Positions 17,107 to 24,195 of a DNA stretch of 32,000 nucleotides are shown one piece after another. The notes under the pieces were generated by a model that made no database searches, was not told the DNA's origin, and saw only the letters and a program-made list of their open reading frames with translations. Positions within the stretch are counted from its first letter, which is position 1, and each line of letters starts with the position of its first letter. Position numbers and translations under genes: made by a program. Source of the DNA: Promethearchaeota archaeon (GTDB lineage: Archaea > Asgardarchaeota > Lokiarchaeia > Sigyniarchaeales > Promethearchaeaceae); the NCBI GenBank assembly GCA_016933055.1, contig JAFGBS010000019.1, positions 150,001-182,000 of the forward strand, in the 5' to 3' direction.

Positions 17107-19278
17107 ATGCATGATTTGTTGTGTTACATATACTTCATAGGGTTGGGTATAGTGAAGCGAATTCGGATCAAGCTTATCCTTTTGGGAATGATTATTTTCA
17201 CTCTTCTTGCTCTAGGTTTCACTTCTTCTTTTAATAAAACCCGAGCGCAAATAGAAATCGACTATGAGAAAATTCACCAAGATATCCTGATGGAAAGTAA
17301 TCCGGGATATCTCGAGGATTGGTATATTCCGAAAATTGAAATGTTATTTATTGTTCCGGACGGTTACGAAAGTACCGTAAAGCCATTATCTGATTGGAAA
17401 ACTCTAAAAGGAGTACCCAGCATAATTATTAACCAATCTACTTATTTAGAATTTCCAGGTCGGGATGAAGCGGAAAGTTTACGGAATTGTATCAAATATT
17501 ATTACGAGAATTACGAAATCCAATGGGTATTACTAGCGGGAGATACAAGTTTAATCCCTACACGTTATGTTTATAATCCCGACACACGGATTTTACGGGA
17601 AGAAGGGACAAATGATTATGAACCCCTTGGTGCAAATGATATCTATAAACCTACGGATTATTATTATGCGGATTTAACAGGAACTTGGGATACTGATGGA
17701 GATAATATATTCGGAGAGAGTTTGTACGAAAATCGAGTAGAGGAAATTGAATGGACTCCTGAGGTCCATGTGGGTAGACTTCCAGGTAATTCTATCGAAG
17801 AAATTGAGCAGATGATAAACAAAACTTTGTTTTATGATACTGTACAAAATCCTGGTGAGTGGATGAATAGTATGTTAATTGGGGCTGCAATTCAGGATTG
17901 GCCAACTCCAAAGGATTTAGACGGAGAACAAGAGATTCGACTGGCGAATCAAATTATAGAAGAATCCGTAAAGGGAAATATTAATTATACTCTTTTGGCA
18001 GAATCCACTGACTACGGAACCAATTTATCCTCCACTACTTTCCGAAATGCATTCGAGCTCGGTCAATCCTTGGTCTTATTTGCTGGACATGGTTCTCCAA
18101 AGTCATTTAATGGAATCAATGGGGGAGTATCTACCACAATTTTCACAACAACTGCAGCTTTAAATCTTGAAAATTATGAAATGCCGTCTTTTGTCTTTGC
18201 CGATGCGTGTTCTACCAATATGTTCGATCATATCAATGATTCAATGGGTGAAGTTCTAATTAAAAAAGAACGTGGAGGTGCGATCGGATATATCGGAAGT
18301 ATGCGGTTGTCATTTTACTATACAAATGATTCCCAGAATACTTGTAACCTATGTGAACTCAATCGAGGAATGACACGATTGTTTTTTCATGAATTCTTCA
18401 ATAATCAACATTATCAGCAAGGGAAAACCCTTAACGAAATGAGATTATCTTATTTAAATTCCGTATGGTTACAGAGCAATCCACGGTTCGGTAATTCTTA
18501 CACTATCCATAATATTGAGTGGGAACGAAAAAACGTTTTGACATATAACTTGTTGGGAGATCCGGAATTAGATATTTTCACACAAGCCCCTAGAATATTC
18601 AAAAATGAGACATTTATCCTAAACACCTCATACTTTGAGGGTAGTTACATCCAAAGAATAATTACCGATGATACGAATAATCCTATTCCCTTCGCTAAAG
18701 TCGCATTGCAAGGCGAAAATTCCACTTATAAAACCTTTTTTACAGATGAAAATGGATTAGTACAAGTACAATTACCCTATGGTGCGAGATTTTATAATTA
18801 TACAATTACAGCCCATAACATGATCCCTCAATTTGGTACTTTTCATACCGTGGAAGATGATCACGCTCCATTATTTTCAGATCCATATTCCTACTCTCCA
18901 GGAAAACCTACTGTAAACGATAAAATAATGTTCAATATCCCCGTGGTTGATTACGAATCTTATATAGCTTGTGGCGTATTAGTATTGTCAACGGATTTAT
19001 TCCACACATATGATTTTTATGAATTTCCTTTTAATCGCGAACATCTAAGCGTAAAAGGCGAATTACCACGATTGCAACCGGGTGAGTATGCTTACATTTT
19101 ATATGTGTATGATTTTGGGCAAAATTATACCTTCACCTATTGGAATAACAACATGATCTTTACTATCCCTGTTTCTGTTGCATTCATATTCGTTCTTCTG
19201 GCAAATATAGGGCTGTTGGGATTTATCGGGTATTTCATTTGCAAAAAATATAGAGAGAATTTACTTCCGTATGATTGA
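17107..19278 (+). CDS. C25 (gingipain-like) cysteine peptidase, N-terminal signal/TM and C-terminal TM anchor
   Basis: LLAGD...IP, TDYYYADL, VGRLP, catalytic FAGHGS and ACST, YNLLGDP; C-terminal hydrophobic helix followed by KKYRE. The true start may be GTG 17152. Confidence 0.88.
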   Translation: MHDLLCYIYFIGLGIVKRIRIKLILLGMIIFTLLALGFTSSFNKTRAQIEIDYEKIHQDILMESNPGYLEDWYIPKIEMLFIVPDGYESTVKPLSDWKTLKGVPSIIINQSTYLEFPGRDEAESLRNCIKYYYENYEIQWVLLAGDTSLIPTRYVYNPDTRILREEGTNDYEPLGANDIYKPTDYYYADLTGTWDTDGDNIFGESLYENRVEEIEWTPEVHVGRLPGNSIEEIEQMINKTLFYDTVQNPGEWMNSMLIGAAIQDWPTPKDLDGEQEIRLANQIIEESVKGNINYTLLAESTDYGTNLSSTTFRNAFELGQSLVLFAGHGSPKSFNGINGGVSTTIFTTTAALNLENYEMPSFVFADACSTNMFDHINDSMGEVLIKKERGGAIGYIGSMRLSFYYTNDSQNTCNLCELNRGMTRLFFHEFFNNQHYQQGKTLNEMRLSYLNSVWLQSNPRFGNSYTIHNIEWERKNVLTYNLLGDPELDIFTQAPRIFKNETFILNTSYFEGSYIQRIITDDTNNPIPFAKVALQGENSTYKTFFTDENGLVQVQLPYGARFYNYTITAHNMIPQFGTFHTVEDDHAPLFSDPYSYSPGKPTVNDKIMFNIPVVDYESYIACGVLVLSTDLFHTYDFYEFPFNREHLSVKGELPRLQPGEYAYILYVYDFGQNYTFTYWNNNMIFTIPVSVAFIFVLLANIGLLGFIGYFICKKYRENLLPYD

Positions 19279-19297
19279 AAGGAAAAGAAGAAAGAAA

Positions 19298-19416
19298 GGC
19301 TACATTTTGAAGTTTCCCACTATTTAGTAATAGCAGTACTTACATCAACCCCCTTGAGCTTAATTACTCTGTTCGGAATGGGAAGAGATGTTTCCTCAAG
19401 GAGTATGAACGTAGCC
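19298..19416 (-). rRNA. rrf: 5S rRNA (stand-alone)
   Basis: Helix I GGCTACG/TGTAGCC, helix II CTCCTTGAG/CTCAAGGGG, loop C CCCATTCCGAAC, TTAAG, loop E AGTA/GAA, helix IV CTGCTATT/AATAGTGG. About 119 nt, ends approximate. T-rich tract downstream. Confidence 0.92.
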
Positions 19417-19440
19417 AATTTTGTTGTATATTACCCTCGA

Positions 19441-19453
19441 TATAAATTTTTTC
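19441..19453 (-). promoter_or_regulatory. BRE-TATA promoter of the 5S rRNA
   Basis: Minus strand GAAAAAA-TTTATA, with the TATA centre about 26 nt upstream of the predicted 5S 5' end. Confidence 0.7.
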
Positions 19454-19501
19454 ATCTTCACTGTAATGAGTGTTTAAAAATGAATAAGATAAGGATCTAG
19501 T

Positions 19502-20740
19502 ATGAAGAAAATAGTCGTTCTCGGTGGTTGTGGTGCGGTTGGTCGTCACACCGTTCGAACATTAGCTAAATCTAAGGATGTAGATAAGGTGGTCATTGCT
19601 GATATTAATCTGGATCTAGCAGAGCAGATGGCTCAGCAGTTAGGTGAGAAAGTTACCGCAGTGAATGTGGACGTAAACAACACCGAAGACATTCGAAATG
19701 CAATAAAAGGTGCTAAGGTAGTCGTAAATACAGTCGGACCTTATTACATGTTTGAGAAAAAAATCCTCGAGGCCGTGATTGAAGAGGGTATTGACTACGT
19801 GGATGTATGTGATGATACTGGTGCGACATATGATGCGTTAAATCTTGATGAGAGAGCTAAAGAAAAGGGAGTAACAGCCCTAATCGGCATGGGTTCCAGT
19901 CCCGGAGTTACCAATATTTTAGCAGCGTTTGCAGCTACCACAAAAAATATTCTGGCAGAATGTGAATCTATTGATCTATATCATATACATGGAGGGGAGC
20001 CGGTCGAAGGTGTTGGGGTAATTGGACATAGATTTTATTGCATGCAACAAGATGTTCCTTTATTTCTTGATGGAGAAATGTTAAACCTGAGCCAGAAAGA
20101 AAGTGAGGACTACATTGAGGAAGTAGATTTCATCAACCTGGAAGGAAAACATACAGTCTATCCGTATCCTCATCCAGAACCGATAACTTTGCCAAAATGG
20201 ATTCCTGGAGTTAAGAGAGTTACGAACAAAGGAACTGTACTTCCTGAAGAATATTACGATCTCACCCGAACTTTATATAAATGTGGGATGGCTTCAAAGG
20301 AACCCATAATGGTTAATGGTACCCCTGTGATTCCCCATGATTTTGCAACTCAATTTTTGATTAAACGAAGAAATGAAATTTTGAGGGAAACCAACTTTGG
20401 AGAGCAGCGTGGATGTGTGAAAATTGTGGTAATCGGCAAGAATGAACTCGGATTAGATAGGAAATATATTTTTTCCTTGGTATCTGAAGGTGCCGGAAAA
20501 GGACAAGCAATGGGAGAGGGTACGGGAATACCATGTGCATTGGGTGCATTATTATTATTACGAGGAAAAATCAAGAATGGTCCGGGTGTATTGCCTCCAG
20601 AGGCAAGCGTAAATGCGATGGAATTTCTCTCATTAATGCGAGAAATCATGCAAATAGACGGAAAAGATAAAACTAAAAAATCTCCATTAATCATACAAAA
20701 AGTGGATGAAATGGGAAGGATTGAAACCATCGATATTTAA
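19502..20740 (+). CDS. Saccharopine dehydrogenase family NAD(P)-dependent oxidoreductase
   Basis: VLGGCGAVG, NTVGPY, YVDVCDD, MGSSPGVTN, HPEPITLP, GVLPPE. Substrate cannot be assigned. Confidence 0.9.
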   Translation: MKKIVVLGGCGAVGRHTVRTLAKSKDVDKVVIADINLDLAEQMAQQLGEKVTAVNVDVNNTEDIRNAIKGAKVVVNTVGPYYMFEKKILEAVIEEGIDYVDVCDDTGATYDALNLDERAKEKGVTALIGMGSSPGVTNILAAFAATTKNILAECESIDLYHIHGGEPVEGVGVIGHRFYCMQQDVPLFLDGEMLNLSQKESEDYIEEVDFINLEGKHTVYPYPHPEPITLPKWIPGVKRVTNKGTVLPEEYYDLTRTLYKCGMASKEPIMVNGTPVIPHDFATQFLIKRRNEILRETNFGEQRGCVKIVVIGKNELGLDRKYIFSLVSEGAGKGQAMGEGTGIPCALGALLLLRGKIKNGPGVLPPEASVNAMEFLSLMREIMQIDGKDKTKKSPLIIQKVDEMGRIETIDI

Positions 20741-20760
20741 TATTCGATGAAACTTCACTT

Positions 20761-21039
20761 TTATCCCGTCAATTTTTCTATTTTTGAGTGTAATGATTGA
20801 AAGCGAGTGAGGAATTGATCGAATAGTCTCTTTTGGCTGACAAATCGCTCTCGATTTGTTTCGATCCATATCTGAAGTTCAGTGTGAGTATCGGATAAAA
20901 TAAGCCTAGTATCAGTGGCAATACTTGTAACTGATGGCGGTTCCAGAATCTTTACGATATGCAGAATACTTTTTTGCATGAAGATTTTTAAATCATCTTC
21001 ACCGGATTTTTTAATCTCCCGATGCAGTTTTTCAAGCAT
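20761..21039 (-). CDS. Hypothetical helical protein (~92 aa)
   Basis: Open frame whose ATG 21039 overlaps the upstream TGA (ATGCTTGA), suggesting translational coupling. The ORF track starts at TTG 21078. Confidence 0.6.
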   Translation of the reverse strand: MLEKLHREIKKSGEDDLKIFMQKSILHIVKILEPPSVTSIATDTRLILSDTHTELQIWIETNRERFVSQKRLFDQFLTRFQSLHSKIEKLTG

Positions 21040-21811
21040 CCAATTCCTCTTCCACAATCGGTTTGAAATGTTTTGCAACCGATATTAATTCGATATCGGG
21101 GATAATCCTATCTTCAGCCAGTTCTTTCACGGGGTTCGTTTTTATTTTTGTGATTTCCGCAACATCTGATGGTCTTAATATTTCTCCTTTGAACAATTGT
21201 TTGATTTCTTTTACATAATCTCGCATAAGATTGCCGGTATTTGGAGGAATATACTCAATCTTTTTTGGGGGATTTCGGGAGGGAGAAAGGGGGGGAGGTG
21301 TTGTTAATGGTTGCCCAGAAATCGGTATATATTGGACTTGTGGTTTAGAATTAATTAGAGCCAATTTTAGCATTTCTTTCAAGTAATTCTGGGTTTCTTC
21401 CATTTCCTTTTTGATTACTAGTAATTCTGAACGTAAATTTTGGAGATCTACATGATCTTGAAGCAGAGATTGAATAACCATGTTAAATGTGAATCGTCCG
21501 TGACTTTTTTGACTCATGGTGCTTTTCATACGTTTAATGGTTTTATAGACTTGACCATCAATCGAAACTGATTTACGAGTTAGGGAATCTTTTGTCAACT
21601 CTTGAACGGGAATGTCCTTAAATATCGATCGAAACTTTGTTATTGTCCTCATACTGGAATTCTCTATTGTCTGCTTATTAATGGGTGGATGGGGTTTGGA
21701 TCTCTTTGATTTGCTCGCTCTTTTATGTTCAATAGGGTTCCCATCTTGTTCATGTTTCTTTTTTGGTGTCTTTTCACCGGATTGCTCTAAGATCATCATC
21801 TGATCTACCAT
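21032..21811 (-). CDS. Hypothetical protein: RHH-like segment, coiled coil, proline-rich tract
   Basis: KSVSIDGQVYKTIKRMK...FTFNMVIQSLL (strand-helix-helix), heptads LQNLRSELLVIKKEMEETQNYLKEM, and PLTTPPPLSPSRNPP. TTTATATA lies ~30 nt upstream. Confidence 0.7.
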   Translation of the reverse strand: MVDQMMILEQSGEKTPKKKHEQDGNPIEHKRASKSKRSKPHPPINKQTIENSSMRTITKFRSIFKDIPVQELTKDSLTRKSVSIDGQVYKTIKRMKSTMSQKSHGRFTFNMVIQSLLQDHVDLQNLRSELLVIKKEMEETQNYLKEMLKLALINSKPQVQYIPISGQPLTTPPPLSPSRNPPKKIEYIPPNTGNLMRDYVKEIKQLFKGEILRPSDVAEITKIKTNPVKELAEDRIIPDIELISVAKHFKPIVEEELDA

Positions 21812-21991
21812 TGATAATCTAGCTTAATCTGAGAAAAACTATATAAAATACCCTACTTGGAAAGCGAAAACGCGAAAATACCGATTGGAGAGAGAAATGA
21901 ATTCTTTTCAACAATCGTTTGGGATTTAACATGTGGGACAATTTTTAAAAAAATATTTTACAGGGGTGTACCTTCATAATTGATCCAGTAG

Positions 21992-22094
21992 ATATGTCAA
22001 ATTCTTTGTTAATGAAAATCCTGGTAAATTTTATTAGATTGACATATATTTTCTCATGAGAAAGTTATCGTAAATTAAATTATAAATTACGATA
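21992..22094. repeat. Cluster of three dyad-symmetry elements in a 500-nt AT-rich intergenic region
   Basis: ATATGTCAA(21992-22000)/TTGACATAT(22039-47); perfect palindrome TTTCTCATGAGAAA (22050-63); TATCGTAA(22066-73)/TTACGATA(22087-94). Confidence 0.6.
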
Positions 22095-22317
22095 TAAAGC
22101 ATTTTCAATTATCGGTGTTCAATCAAGACTTAAACGAACTATTGTTCTCTATCCCATAAAACTCTACATTATTCTATTCCACATCGTGAATCATGTCTTT
22201 CTAATACTTTAAAAACCAGATATTCTAACGAAGGATTTAAATTAATATATCGAGAACTACATACTAGCCTTTATTCAAGGCAAAAATCCATTAATTAATT
22301 TCGGTGGGTTTGATATT

Positions 22318-23787
22318 ATGAAAAAGAATACTCGCCTTACTATATTATCGATTTTTCTAACATTGATGATAGGAATCGTGCCTTTTGTTTTTTTGATTAA
22401 ACCAGCAGGGGCAAATAATGATAGACTTTATTCTCCTGATGGAAAAGGATACATTGAAGAAATTCCCGAATACCCGGGGAAATACAGAATGCATTTAGAG
22501 GGAACTCCATATCAAATGGGAGAACAACAAGGTTATCTCGGAGCCCGTAGTGTCAGTCGTCTTGCATCAGAGGATTGGTTTAAAAATATCGTGACCGGTT
22601 TATTAGATGCCCCCGACTTTATTTTAGACATAATTTTAGGAGATATTTTGGATTACAATCGTCTGGTAAATGTTGTGGGTAGTGTTGTGGATTATTCTAT
22701 ACTGCAAGCTGTGAAGTATGTTTCGGGAGATAGTATTGATACTATGTTGGACAAACTTCTTGTATTATGTCGCGCTCTGGTTGCACATAACATGATATAT
22801 GTTCCAGAAGAGTTTCTAACAGAATGCCAAGGTGTCGCAGATGGTGCTAATACCGCTGGATACGATGATGTGACATATGAGGATGTTCTATTATTAAATA
22901 TGGGAATGGATGCTCTTTTGGCACTAGCCTATCCCGTTGTAGAACCTTGGCTGTTTTGGATGGACTTATTCTCCTTCCTATCCTGTAGTGGTTATGTTGT
23001 AAAAGGATATGGTACAGTTGGCGGTCATACAATTATGGGACGACACTGGCAGTTCTCCAGTTACGTTCTATTTGAAGAACTGATGATGATCGAATACAAC
23101 CCAATAAGTGGAAATAGGTTCATTTCAACATCTGCTCCAGGATTCGTAGGATTGACAAGTGCAATGAATGATCAAGGAATAGGAATCGGTCAAGACATGG
23201 TACCTGCCCAAGACTGCGATCCAGCCAATTACGGGATGGGGACACTATTCACAGCTCGTTATGTTGCACAACATTGTGATCAATATTCGGAAGCAATTAA
23301 TTTCATTACATCTTCTGTTCATGGATGTTCATGGATTTATGGAATTGGAGATGGACGAAATGGAGAAACTGGTGGATGTGCCTTAGAGATATCAGATAAT
23401 TATTATCGAGTTCGGGATATGAGATATACTCGACCGTGGTGGGCTATCTTCTCATATGATACAATCGAAAAGAAAAATGATTTAGTGACGTGGACGAATC
23501 ATTACATTTACGTACGGATGAATGACCTAGCTGACTCGACTGCTATTGATGATTCGAAGAACAGATATAGTTGGCTAACGAATCTGGCATTAAATATGTA
23601 TGGAACTATAGATCTACATAGTGGAGCAACATTAATTGACTATCTGCATCCTCCTAATTATAACTATTATACGGGCGGACCCGATATGCCGGTAGGCGCT
23701 TGCCTTACCGCTTGGGATCTCACCACATTGCAAGCTAAGGCATTATTTGGTCTGTACAGTGATCAGTGGGTTATTGTGACTTTTTAA
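22318..23787 (+). CDS. Secreted Ntn hydrolase, C45/NAAA-like peptidase-amidase
   Basis: N-terminal signal/TM, GTPYQMGEQQG, internal autocleavage nucleophile SC-SGY...TIMGRHW, GFVGLTSAMNDQG, TNHY. Confidence 0.82.
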   Translation: MKKNTRLTILSIFLTLMIGIVPFVFLIKPAGANNDRLYSPDGKGYIEEIPEYPGKYRMHLEGTPYQMGEQQGYLGARSVSRLASEDWFKNIVTGLLDAPDFILDIILGDILDYNRLVNVVGSVVDYSILQAVKYVSGDSIDTMLDKLLVLCRALVAHNMIYVPEEFLTECQGVADGANTAGYDDVTYEDVLLLNMGMDALLALAYPVVEPWLFWMDLFSFLSCSGYVVKGYGTVGGHTIMGRHWQFSSYVLFEELMMIEYNPISGNRFISTSAPGFVGLTSAMNDQGIGIGQDMVPAQDCDPANYGMGTLFTARYVAQHCDQYSEAINFITSSVHGCSWIYGIGDGRNGETGGCALEISDNYYRVRDMRYTRPWWAIFSYDTIEKKNDLVTWTNHYIYVRMNDLADSTAIDDSKNRYSWLTNLALNMYGTIDLHSGATLIDYLHPPNYNYYTGGPDMPVGACLTAWDLTTLQAKALFGLYSDQWVIVTF

Positions 23788-23890
23788 GTAAAGCGCCGAT
23801 AGAATAAAATAATTCAAAATTCTTTTTTTTTTCAATCTTAAATCGTAAAATTAAAAATAGACCGCTTTTTAGAAATCTTGGTGACATAAA

Positions 23891-24106
23891 ATTCCAGGTT
23901 CGCATGGTTCACTTACAAAAGCAGGAAAAGTTCGGGGACAAACCCCTCAAGTACCTAAAACAGGCGTCAATTCTAAGAAGAAGAACATCCCACGGGTACG
24001 AAATCGAAACAATTACATAAAACGCATAGTAAAGCATAAGTATGCTGGTCAAGCTACCAGTATGGGTGCTCAAAAGCATAATCGGAAGGTATCCGTAAGT
24101 AGATAA
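23891..24106 (+). CDS. rps30e: 30S ribosomal protein eS30 (S30e), apparently initiating at ATT
   Basis: Frame reads (M)[46 protein letters not shown]...VSR*, 71 aa, with the eS30 hallmark [14 protein letters not shown]. In-frame TGA at 23882-84 and no ATG/GTG/TTG before the motif. GGTGA (23880-84) sits 6 nt before ATT. Confidence 0.92.
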   Translation: MPGSHGSLTKAGKVRGQTPQVPKTGVNSKKKNIPRVRNRNNYIKRIVKHKYAGQATSMGAQKHNRKVSVSR

Positions 24107-24195
24107 TCCTTTTCTCATTTTTCCTGTAATTTCTAATTTATGATTGCGTTTTAGAAAAACCTATTTAAGTTCTTAACATATTTCTTTATTAGATT

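Noticed and set aside
19364-19549. 61-aa minus-strand ORF in the track
   Set aside because: Overlaps the 5S rRNA, its promoter and the start of the dehydrogenase gene.
21812-22317. Replication origin
   Set aside because: AT-rich, but no recognisable ORB (TTCCA..GGAAA..GGGG) repeats and no adjacent cdc6/orc1 gene.
23909-24118. 69-aa minus-strand ORF in the track
   Set aside because: Antisense shadow of eS30.
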